Position numbers and translations under genes: made by a program. A stretch of DNA of 55,983 nucleotides, the filler included, from Stramenopiles sp. TOSAG23-6 (lineage: Eukaryota): NCBI GenBank assembly GCA_900128565.1. It is 4 parts of 4 records of this genome, joined end to end, with 100 filler letters (N's around TTAATTAATTAA, not from the genome) between each part and the next. Parts side by side here need not be neighbours in the genome. Positions count along the whole stretch, not along the records: positions 1 to 13,961 come from LT636152.1; 3 more parts are not named here. The stretch is one strand, 5' to 3'. Below the pieces are notes generated by a model, which was not told the DNA's origin, did no database searches, and was given only the letters and a program-made list of their open reading frames with translations. Below are positions 1 through 10,700 of the stretch, piece after piece (position 1 is the stretch's first letter; the number at the start of each line of letters is the position of its first letter).

Positions 1-55
1 TTTGTACCTAACAATTTTTTTTAGTTTTTTTTTGAAATATTTTTCCAAAATACAT

Positions 56-2068
56 ACGGCATTGCATTTCCCAAAAAGAAACAATTAAAACGTTGGATAA
101 AACTAGAAGAAGAAGCAAAAAAAAGAGATCATCGAGTCATTGGAAAAAAACAAAAATTATTTGCATTTCATGAATCAAGTCCTGTATGTTTTATATGAAT
201 TTCCAATTTAATTTTTTATTTTTTTTATTTTATTTTTTTTTTAAATTTTTTTTTATTTTTTATTTTTTCATACGAAATTTCGTACCTAACGATTTTTTTT
301 TTTTTTTGAAATTTTTTTTCACACTACATGGTGCTGCATTTTTTTTACCTCATGGGACAAGAATATTTCAAAATTTGCTTTTATTTCTACGTTCTGAATA
401 TGCAATACGTGGATATAATGAGGTAATGACTCCATTAATGTTTAATCCTTCATTATGGAATACTTCTGGGCATTTAACACATTATCAAGAAAATATGTTT
501 TCTGTTGTTCCCGGCTCTACTAACCCTAACCCTACTAACCCTAACCCTAATTGTATGGAACAACATGAAAGAATGAATTTAAAACCAATGAACTGTCCAG
601 CTCATTGTGTTATTTATGGAATGGAAGGGTCAAGGTCATATAGACAATTGCCATTACGAATTGCTGATTGTATGTTTTCATTATTTTTTACTTTTTATTT
701 TTGAAAAAAAAAAAAAATTTTAATTTAAAAATTTTTTTTTTTTCATAATTTTTTAAATTTTTTATTTTTTTTTAATTTTTTTTAAATTTTTTTAAAATTT
801 TTTTTATATTCTTATAAAACATGTACTGCAATTCATCGAAATGAATTATCAGGAGCATTGGGAGGTCTTACTCGTCTTCGACATTTCCATCAGGACGATG
901 CACATATTTTCTGTACTCATGATCAAATTTCATCTGAAATATCTGATTGTTTGGATTTTGTTGAAAAAGTTTATTCTTTATTAGGGTTTACAATCAATTT
1001 AAAATTATCAACTCGACCTGAGAAGTCATTAAGTGGTAATAATTATAATACTAATAATTATAATAATGATGATAATTATAATTATAATAGTAATAATAGT
1101 AATAATAATTATAATAGTAATAATAATGATGATAATAATAATAATACTAATAATGATAGTAATGATAAAAATAATACTACTAATACTAATACTAATAATA
1201 ATAATGATAATAATACTAATAATTATAATACTAATAATAATAATGATAATAGTAACCCTGGAACAATAGTTGGCTCAGATATAGATTGGATGAATGCTGA
1301 AAATTCATTATCTGAAGCATTAACAAAAAAATATGGAAAAAATGGATGGTCTGTTGATCCAGGAGAGGGTGCATTTTATGGTCCAAAAATTGATGTGATT
1401 GTGACAGATGCTCTTAATAGAAAACATGTACGTTTTTTTCATTATGAATTTCACATTTTTTTTTTTTTTTTTTTTTTTTTTCAAAAATTTATTAGTTTTT
1501 TTTTCATAGTAAATTTCGTACCTAACGATTTTTTTTCTCAAAATTTTGAAATATTTTTCCAAAATACATGAACAAACTGCAGGTAAATTTCCTGTTTGGT
1601 TAAGTCCAAGACATTGCTCAATTATACCAATATCAAACGAAACTCATGGTGAGTTTGCAAAAGCAATTTGTAATAAAATGGTACGAAATCATATTTATGC
1701 AGATATTGATGATAGTGCAAATACATTGAATAAGCGTGTGAGAGATGCACAAATAAGTCAATATGTACGTTTTTTTTTCAATTTTTTTTTCGTACGAAAT
1801 TTTGTACCTAACAAATTTTTAATTTTTTTTTTCGTACAAAGAAATTCTAATCATTTGTTTTTTTAAATATTTCTTTACAAAACATAATTATGTTATTATT
1901 GTAGGTGATGAAGAAATTGGAGATTGGAGTGTGGGTAATGATGTCGAGAATGTTTTTGTAAATATCCGAAAACGTGATGGTGACGTCATTGGAAAAAAAA
2001 AATTATCAGAATTTATGAATCATATTCAAAATGAGATTTCGTGTCCTGAACCTTTTGTTGTCTCATAA
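56..2068 (+). CDS. TARS: Threonyl-tRNA synthetase, 5'-truncated; exons 56-183, 330-669, 823-1427, 1570-1764, 1886-2068
   Basis: Spliced translation gives [97 protein letters not shown]. The class II motif-3 segment (about 50 aa) is absent. Confidence 0.95.
184..329 (+). other. Non-canonical intron GT...CAT (palindrome+CTAAC at 271-290)
   Basis: cct|gtatgtttt...ctacat|ggt restores conserved SPG. There is no AG anywhere in the intron. Confidence 0.9.
521..550 (+). repeat. Interstitial telomere-type (CCCTAA)n tract inside a ThrRS exon (one of roughly 30 in the window)
   Basis: taaccctaaccctactaaccctaaccctaa encoding [10 protein letters not shown]. Confidence 0.85.
670..822 (+). other. Non-canonical intron GT...CAT (no recognisable palindrome)
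   Basis: gat t|gtatgtttt...aaaacat|gt act restores [10 protein letters not shown]. Confidence 0.88.
1428..1569 (+). other. Non-canonical intron GT...CAT (possibly two introns collapsed)
   Basis: cat|gtacgtttt...aaatttcgtacctaac...aaaatacat|gaa. The join is in frame but skips a conserved segment. Confidence 0.7.
1765..1885 (+). other. Non-canonical intron GT...CAT
   Basis: caa tat|gtacgtttt...aaaacat|aat tat gtt restores QYNYVIIVG. Confidence 0.88.
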
Positions 2069-2507
2069 CCTTTTGGTCCCTTTTGGTTTTGGTATATTTA
2101 TTGTATTGGGAATGTATACACCATAAAAAAATTGAAAGAAATAAAATTCATGAAAATTAAATTTATTTTTCGTTTTGTTGGTGTTGTTACAAAACAATTC
2201 AATCAAAAATAATTTCATTTTTTTTTTTTGATACCCTTTTTCTGGATATTATATATATATGAATACACTCATATTGTGTATACACAAAATTAAATGTCTT
2301 TTCATTTTTTCATATCTAAATTTTTTGATTTTTTGTTAAAAAATAAAAGTATAAAAAAATAATAGTAGAAATTTAAAGTTGGATGTACAACAAAAAATGC
2401 ATAACATTGCAAAGCAAAGCAAAGCAAAATAAATTCATATATTCACTTCATCATCATATATTGGACAAATCTGTTTTTGCCCAAACACACAGTAACAAAT
2501 TAACAAA

Positions 2508-4875
2508 TTAAAATCCTTTTTCATCATTTGTTCGTAAAGTTTTAAGTTTAATTCGTTTATGCTTTCTGTGAAGATGATTCACTTTGTTCACTTTGAGTTT
2601 TTTCTTTTGTTGATGATGAGCATGAGAAGAAGAATGTTCACTTTTGAATCGTGATTTTGAATCACCTGGTGTAAATAATCCTTGCAAACCATCCGAATAT
2701 CCGCTCACTTCTTCAGCGATTCTGGCTTGCACTTTTCGTTCTTGTTCTTCTTCCGAATATCTTGAAGGGTGCCGCAGCGAATCGCTGTAGGCTTTCGACG
2801 GTGGCTCATTCATTCTAAGCTTTCTTTCGGCTTCTTCGTATTGTTCTCGTGTAACCACTGATGGTTTACCATCTCTCCGCGCTTCATCCAACCTTTGCTG
2901 TTGTGCTTTCGTATCTCCAACATTTTTTATAGGGTTATAAATAGCCCAATTCTCATTGACAAGTGGGCGTTGTATCTCCAGATATTTTCCGATTATTTTT
3001 ACATGTTCAGGTGTAGCTGGAACTTTTGCAAGTTCATTTGCTGCAAACATATATTTTATAACCACATTAGCTGATGTATTTTGGAAAAATATTTCAAAAA
3101 AAAACTCTAAAAAAAATTGTTAGGTACAAAATTTCGTATGAAAAAAAAATTTAAAAAATTTAAAATAATAAAACGTACATTGTTCCATAATTTCAAGTGT
3201 AGCACGATCAAGTTGAATTTTTTTTTCAGCCTCTTTTTGTTTTTTTGTCATTCCAGCAGTAGTTCGATCACGAAGAACTGAACTGTTGGCTGTGTCAAGA
3301 AATGGGATTTGAATATCTTTTAGTTCATCTGATTTTGCAACCGCAACTCTTTTGGCCTGGTCATCGAGTGTATTCCAATTAGCAACTAGTGTTCCATCAA
3401 TATTTGGTGCAGACCCTGCAATTCTAGATCGCATAAATATTTCCCATTTGTCTCTATGCGATAAATTTTTACGTTTTCCACCCGAAAATTTTTTTTTGTC
3501 ATTTTCTAGCTTATCCTTATCTGCATACATTGGGAAAAATATATCAAATTTGAATTGTGTTAGGTACGAAACGTTCAATAAAAAAAAATACAATTTAAAA
3601 TTCATGATGAAAACAAACTGTTTTGGCTGCTTTGACTTTCTCCTGAAGTATTTGTTCAAATTTGCTCCTAACAATTTTATGAAATGTTATACCATGTTTG
3701 TGCTGCAACAAATTATTCCACGTTAGTCGCGTTGGTGGCGTTGGTGCTGCTGCTTGCATTTCGGCTATTTTCGCCCGAACTGTTGCTATTTGTTCGTCGT
3801 TCAATCCCTCGTTCAAGACGTCCACAGTTACATCCTGATCCTGATCCAGAATTTCTTTCTTAGCTCTCGCAGTCAAAAAATTATCCAATTGCTCATCTCC
3901 GTAATCTGACCGAAATGTTTTCAGTTGTTTTTCCAAAAACGGTTTAAACTCACTAGATTTTTTTTTAAAATGTTCTGGAGCATTTTGTGGCGGCTTCGCT
4001 AGCAAAAGATCGAGAAATATTTTCACTTCCTTTTCGAAATCTTCGACTTTAGTAATATCACGCATTGATACGAAAACAATATTTTCTACTACTTGTTTTT
4101 TTTCTTTAGCGTTGTTTTCCTTAGTTAGATGAGCAGTATCAATCTGATTAAAACTATCTGTAATATGTTTTCTAGTCTTAGGTCCAACTCCAATGTTTAT
4201 TAAGGCTGTATTCAAATCTCCTTCCGTCAACAGCGCCAACAAATGGTCAACTGCATTTTTTTGGTCGATTTCAAATTCTTTCGTAAAAGTCTGCCCAAAA
4301 TCCTCATTAAATATTTTCCCAAGAAAAGGAGTAGCGAAGAAATAAAACCATCTTTTCCACGATTCCGCTTTATCACGACTCTCCTTCGTATCCAGACTCT
4401 GTAGTGCACGGAATCCCTCGGGGTTTTTTTTTTTTAGATCATATGCTTTTTGCCATGCATCCTTCACTTTTTGTTGAACGAAGAATTCTGTTTGTGGTGT
4501 TACGTGTACTGCACCATCGTCTCCCCCCCATTTATCAGAATCTCCAACTTTTAACATTCGATCAGATATTTCCTTGTAGTTAACCGTTTTATCAGTTTTG
4601 GTACAAGAAGGTTGTTTGGGACGGCACATACTGTGGACTTCATAAATGAAACCATTCTCTTCCGTCAGTTCCATTTCAAAATCTTCTCTTGCATTGGATT
4701 GTGGTCTTAATTCTCCTATGAAACGATCCTTTTCTTTCTTAGCAGCTTCTTCGACGTCTTTGTCGGGTTTCTTCAAATTCGATTCGAGGTCCAAGACCGC
4801 CTTCGCCACGTTCATCATCGCCCAGGTTTGCCCAACCAGAGACAGCATCATCATTATCATCATCATAGCGTTCAT
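2508..4875 (-). CDS. Hypothetical secreted protein (~722 aa); exons 4875-3619, 3524-3179, 3073-2508
   Basis: Three track ORFs fuse in frame after removing two AT-ended introns. The N-terminus is signal-peptide-like (MMMIMMMLSLVGQTWA). No family recognised. Confidence 0.75.
3074..3178 (-). other. Non-canonical intron GT...CAT
   Basis: caa t|gtacgtttt...tacgaaattttgtacctaac...aaaatacat|ca gct, in frame. Confidence 0.85.
3525..3618 (-). other. Non-canonical intron GT...TAT
   Basis: aca|gtttgttttcat...tttcgtacctaac...caatgtat|gca gat, in frame. Confidence 0.8.
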
Positions 4876-5200
4876 CTTGAATAAAGTTGTAATTGTCTGC
4901 TGTTATTTTACTTTTGCTTTTACTTTTCTGTGAATTTTGATTGTGATCTTTTTTTCGAGTGGTGATGAATGATGAACGATTGATGCTCCTTCAATTTCAA
5001 ATTGCCGCGCGATGCGCCATCAAATTTATATCAGGACAGGAATGTTCCATACAAAATTAGGATTTCGTGTTTTTTAAATCAAATACCATTATTATGACAG
5101 TCAGTCGTCAAATTATTTTTGTCTTTAAAAATTCTAATCGAAAAATCACCTACAAAATAAAACAATAACAATTCCAACACTTTGCAATGATACAAAATAA

Positions 5201-5881
5201 ATGACAACTGTAAAAACTGTGGAAAAACTATTTTCCTTGTGGTCAAAGTTAAAGAAGAACCACCCTGCACTATATAAATGTTCTTTTGGTTTTAATAATA
5301 ACAAGAGACGTCTTGGTGTTGCTCGTTTTGGCAAAAATCCGCGAATAGAAATCTCAAAAAGAGCCCTAGGCTTAGGTGACAAGGTGCTTCATAATACGTT
5401 ACGCCACGAAGCTGCACATATTATCTCTGGTTATAGTGCAGGTCATGGAAATGATTGGAAAGAAATAGCAAGACAGATAGGATGTGACGGTGAACGTGTT
5501 GCGTCGGTTTCAATGCCAGAAACTGATCATAATTGGGAAATACACTGTCCCATGTGTGCACATGAGTATGTAAAAGAGCAAGAAGATAGTTCTTCCAAGG
5601 AACCAATTGAGAAAACGTATATAATAGCACGTTATTTTAGACGCCCAAAATCTTCAATATGGAAAAAACGTCAATGTTTGCGTTGTAAACAACCACTAAG
5701 AATTGTTCCAGCCGGTCAAAAACCTCTTTTATATAAATGGAAATTATGTTGTACAAATAATACAACTAAACATTGTAGTCATAGTAATCAACCATTGGCG
5801 TTTTATTACCGACGTCCAAAGAATGTATCAAATAAAATATGTAAGTCATGTCGATCAAATGTTTCTCTTCATCGTGTATGA
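5201..5881 (+). CDS. SprT-like zinc metalloprotease-domain protein with C-terminal Cys/zinc-ribbon motifs
   Basis: RRLGVA, TLRHEAAH, GHGNDWK and several CxxC pairs. Confidence 0.85.
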   Translation: MTTVKTVEKLFSLWSKLKKNHPALYKCSFGFNNNKRRLGVARFGKNPRIEISKRALGLGDKVLHNTLRHEAAHIISGYSAGHGNDWKEIARQIGCDGERVASVSMPETDHNWEIHCPMCAHEYVKEQEDSSSKEPIEKTYIIARYFRRPKSSIWKKRQCLRCKQPLRIVPAGQKPLLYKWKLCCTNNTTKHCSHSNQPLAFYYRRPKNVSNKICKSCRSNVSLHRV

Positions 5882-6159
5882 TAATGTATTGATATCAATA
5901 GTAATGTCACTTTGAGAATTAAGAATTGTCCAAAATTATAATGTATCATAATTTTTTAAATAAAAAAAATTGCACAAAATAAAATTAGTATTGCATGTAT
6001 ATCAGAGTATATTTATTTACATTATATTCATTGTCAATTATATAATGATTCAATTGACAATAAAACGTAATGATGGTTCCATCTAAAATATTAGAATGAA
6101 TTTGCTTTTGTCAGTCAATGACAAAATGACAAAATGGCAAACCATTTTTCACTTTCACT

Positions 6160-6876
6160 TTAGGCTAAATTTTCTTTCCGTTTTTCATATTTTTTTCGTC
6201 TTTTCAGTTGTTTTTCAATAATATTACTATTCTTTAATTCAGCTTGTTGCCTTTTTCGTGCCATTATCATTGTGAGACGCATTTCCTCTGCTCTATGTAA
6301 AGTTTTCTTTTCCTGGGCTACTCGGTACCAAGGGCAAAAACAGTGAAAGACACTAGTAGTCAAGGTTACTAACCAAAACTCAAGAAAAGGCAGAAACCAA
6401 TCAATAAACATTGTAGCAAGGCCAAGCCAAATCATAAATAAACATGCATTTCGAAATGTACATTGGTCCCATGCTGCACCAAAAATATACCATATTCCAC
6501 CATATCGTCTTTGTGTTTGTTGTTGCTGGTAGTGATGCAAGTTATTTTGATTATTTTGGCTTGATTGACTCGCTGTTCTAAGTGACCAATCATACTCCTT
6601 GCGTTTCTCTATATCGGAAAGAATTTCATATGCATTGGCGACCCGGATAAACTTTTCTTGGGCCCATTCGGTACTTGATGGATTCTTGTCAGGGTGAAAC
6701 TTTTTAGCTAATTTCCTATATGCCTGTTTGATGTCGGCCTCTGTTGCAGAAAAACTTACACCCAGTGCTTCATAATGATTTTTTGGTTCTCTCTCCACAA
6801 ATACTACAAGAAATACAGTCACAGATACAATCACAGATAATAATAGTGGAAACACTAGATTTTTATAAGATAACAT
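6160..6876 (-). CDS. DnaJ-domain membrane protein
   Basis: J-domain HYEALGV..IKQAYRKLAKKFHPDKN..AYEILSD flanked by hydrophobic segments. Confidence 0.9.
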   Translation of the reverse strand: MLSYKNLVFPLLLSVIVSVTVFLVVFVEREPKNHYEALGVSFSATEADIKQAYRKLAKKFHPDKNPSSTEWAQEKFIRVANAYEILSDIEKRKEYDWSLRTASQSSQNNQNNLHHYQQQQTQRRYGGIWYIFGAAWDQCTFRNACLFMIWLGLATMFIDWFLPFLEFWLVTLTTSVFHCFCPWYRVAQEKKTLHRAEEMRLTMIMARKRQQAELKNSNIIEKQLKRRKKYEKRKENLA

Positions 6877-7174
6877 TTGGAATTTCTTTTAAGCTACTAG
6901 AAAATAAATAATATATATGGAACTTTGAGTTTGAGTATTTTATTTTTCCATGTCAAAAAAACACAAATCAAAAAAAATATGACCGATTTTGAAATTCTGA
7001 TTTATTTCGTGTCAAACAAAGAGCGCATCAATTTTTTTTCGATCGATGACACTCTTCTTCTTCTTCGTCTCTCCAAGGTCTCTCTGTGCATGACAATTTA
7101 ATTGTATAATTTGACTTTATTAAAAAGATAGTCCTACTTATTTCGATAAAACGCATAATACTAACCACTTTTCA

Positions 7175-7609
7175 ATGGCAGAGCAAATACATATTCGCGT
7201 CAAAAGAAAGCACCAGACTATTTTTCTAGTGACAAAGTCGACGGACACTTTTTTTATGGTAAAGAATATGCTATCCAAACTCATGGGCGGCCAAGATGTC
7301 GCGAGTATGAAACTTTTAAAGTCAGATAAAGAAACAGTTCTTGAAGGTGATGTACGTATTCTTTTTGATGAACCTATGATAATGAATATCAAGTGTATTT
7401 TAATCTATCAAATGTGTATTTCTAAAAACTAACAGTATAATATACTTTGTTTTTTTCTTTTTATCATACAGGCAAAACTTGGTGACCATGAAATTCGCAT
7501 GGACGATATTATCTATGTTGTTTTTCAAAAGAGTGGCGGAAGTGGCTGGGNAAAAATTGATATTCCAGTATATAAAGAAGATGAAAAAAAAGAGAAAACT
7601 CAAAAATAA
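7175..7609 (+). CDS. Ubiquitin-like protein, elongin-B-like; exons 7175-7351, 7472-7609
   Basis: HIRVKRKHQTIFL N-terminus. Canonical GTACGT...CTAAC...ATACAG intron 7352-7471. Confidence 0.75.
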
Positions 7610-7755
7610 ATGGTAAAAAGTATTTTATTTTATTTAGTTTTTTAAATCTCAACTCATTGTAGTTGAACTTAAGTAGTAAGTATATAAATTAAATATAGTA
7701 CGTATCAATACCTACAAATATTTCATATTATTATAAAATGACCATCATCGACGTT

Positions 7756-10700
7756 TCAATGCTCCATACAATCCATATTGCTCTTTACAAGTACAGATTT
7801 TATTACCTGATGAGTAACTTCCTTTACTCTTTGATTTGTTGTTATACGAAATATATTTACTGAAGGTGCATGTAAGACACCACAGGTCACTGGCATTGCT
7901 CTTATACTAATCTTTATTTTTCCACAATTTTCATTTATTTGTAATCTTGCACATATATAGTGAAAATATATTATAAAAAAATAAACATTGTTTAGGTAAA
8001 AAAAATTAAAAAAAAATTTAAAAAAAAAATTGAAATGATGTAAATGTACACGTTTTACCCATGAGTAACCATGTCTTTGGAACTACCGTTATATTATATT
8101 CAAACTCATTACATTCACATTCAATCATTGCATCATCTACGTTATGTACTTGAACAATATATTCAAAATTTAATAAAACGCCTAATTCGCCGTGAGTCAA
8201 ATGTTTCGATTGAACAATCCAAAATTGATTGTCATCAATGCGACTTTGCATTTGAAAGACTCTTTTTTTTTTTTTTTNAATTGATCTTTTAGATTTTTTA
8301 GATTTTTTGGATTTAATTCTTCATTATCGAATGAATATACGGGTATGAATCCATACCGACAACCACCTCCTTTAGGCATCTTAAAATATATTAATACACT
8401 AAATGTATACGACTTATTTTCGTTTGCGTTAGACCCTAACCCTACCTCTGCAGTACTAGGGTTAGGGTTATTTTTTGAATATTGAGTCAGATCAAACGAA
8501 CAATATAAGGTACTATCTTTACTAACAAAATGCACAACATTTTCATCTATATTGAATATATCTACACTATTGACATCATCTAATGAAATATATCGAAATA
8601 ATGTAATACTTGTAATACAAATATTATCATCTTTAATCGATTTATCCTCTTTTTTTTCATTAGGGTTAGGGTTATACAATTTGTCTATATTTTCTATATT
8701 TTCTATATTTGTATTTACATTTACATTTTTTTTTTGATACAATTTATCTAAATTTTCTATATTTTCTATATTTGTATATAGATTATCAGATTGTATCATA
8801 CTACTTTTTGTGGCAACTGTTGATGTATCAAACAAACCTGCTGAAGGAAATATTTGAATTTGCATATACGTTTTTCGTGTTATTTTGTTTTTCGTGGTTT
8901 CATATGTACTAGGGTTAGGGTTATTTGAAGTAGTAGACATTGTTGTATTCATTATTTTACCTATACTCATAAATGATTCAAGGCAATTCAATGACACAAT
9001 TTGTTCAGCAACTTTATCTGAAATACTATTTATATAAGAATATTTTTTTTCTGTTGAAATCGATGACGTCATCGAAGAATTATTTTTTTCTGTTGAAATC
9101 GATGACGTCATCGAAGAATTATACACACATATTTTTATATTTGTTTCAAAACTCTGATTCATTAGGGTTAGGGCGGAAGGGTTTGATATATATATTGAAA
9201 ATAACATAGTAATCAATTGATCCTCAAATGATTTTTTCCTACTATTTTCGAAAGTGTTAGGGTTAGGGATATTGTCCATATCAACAAGAGGAGAAATCAA
9301 AAAATAATTCGACTTATTTGGTATTGAAACAGACCTGTATTTTACACCTTTATCATTTTTATCAGACGTATCATTTTTAATTATATTACAGTCGCATACA
9401 ACAAACTGTACGTGTGATTTTAATTGATTATGGTGTTTAGAATCATCTATAATTTCTAAAGATACAATATATGATGTATCATGATTTTTTAGATTTTTTT
9501 GATTTTTGTACTTATTTGGTACGGATAATTCAACCTTCAATGTATTACTACATTGCTGAAAATTCATGCAATTATCAAAATGTACATTTTTCAATGAAAA
9601 TGTATTTCGTATTTGTCGTTGTATCTGTTGTGATGGAGTAGCAATAATAGAATTCGGTGGAGTACATAATAAAGTACCGGGTAACTTTGGTGGATTCACA
9701 CGAATTCTCCAATCAGTCGTTGCTGCACTCACAACTTCATCATCATGTTCTTTGGGCAAATATGACTAGGGTTAGGGTTGAGGGTTTAGTTACAATTTGA
9801 AATGTATTTGATATATATATATATAGTAAGTATAATATATATTTCATCAATTATTATAAATTTGTCAAAAAAAAAAAAAAAAAAATTTAGGATGAAAACA
9901 AAAAAAAACCTACATAAATTTGAGCATCAAGAGTCAAACATCCAATTACAATTTGAACACAATCAAATCTATATATAGCACATAAAGATGGTGTTCCAAA
10001 AAGATTTACAATATTTCGTGTCTTATGCGATAAAATACCATTGGATTTCACTACGAATTCAGTATAAAAATTTTCATCATTATCATCATTTTCATCATCA
10101 TCATTATTATTACTCTTATTATCATCATTATTATTATCATTTTCATCATTATCATCATTATCATCATCAGCATTATCATTAGTATTATTATTATCATTAT
10201 CATCATTATATAATTTGGTTTTTATTTCTGAAAATGTATTTTTTGTTATCTTTTGTTGAGGTTCTAATAAAGCAACAACACCAAGCCTGACAATAATTTG
10301 ATCATATGGAATATCACTCGCAATATTTAATTGAATACAACATTGTATACAAATTTCATTACCTAAAGAAACTTCATATGAACCACCATCAATACTTGTG
10401 AAATCCATTTGTTGTTTTGTATTTTTTCCATTTTTTCCATTTTTTGTATTTTTTGTATTAGGGTTAGGGTTTGTATCAATAATTAGATTACTTCGTTTTC
10501 GACAGCGTTCCAAAGGACTTTGACATTTCGTACTTAATTTTGTACCTAATGAATTTTGAATGTCTTGTGGTTGTGTTGTATTATTAGGGTTAGGGTCTGA
10601 CTGTTTTGTATGAAAATTTTCTACTTTTTCAAAAGGAGCAACTTCACAAAATACTAAATAACGTAATGATTGTTGTAATTGTTTTTTACATTCAAAATTA

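Noticed and set aside
271-290. Repeated palindrome as a CRISPR repeat or bacterial operator/terminator
   Set aside because: Eukaryotic context, dispersed copies without regular spacers, and location within introns.
1033-1269. Ile/Leu/Val-rich ORFs (also 11585, 12156, 41339, 52200, 52572, 53341, 53430)
   Set aside because: Alternative-frame or antisense readings of AAT/ACT low-complexity tracts inside real genes.
1763-1883. Reading the introns as AT-AC (shifted -2) or TG-CA (shifted -1)
   Set aside because: Works only where the upstream exon ends in AT or T. At 15249-15341 both shifts create an in-frame TAA, and several introns lack the upstream AT.
8262-8280. Programmed frameshift or pseudogenisation in TRAPPC10 (similar breaks at 43650-43670 and 44170-44215)
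   Set aside because: Breaks fall in homopolymer runs containing N bases; sequencing or assembly error is the simpler explanation.
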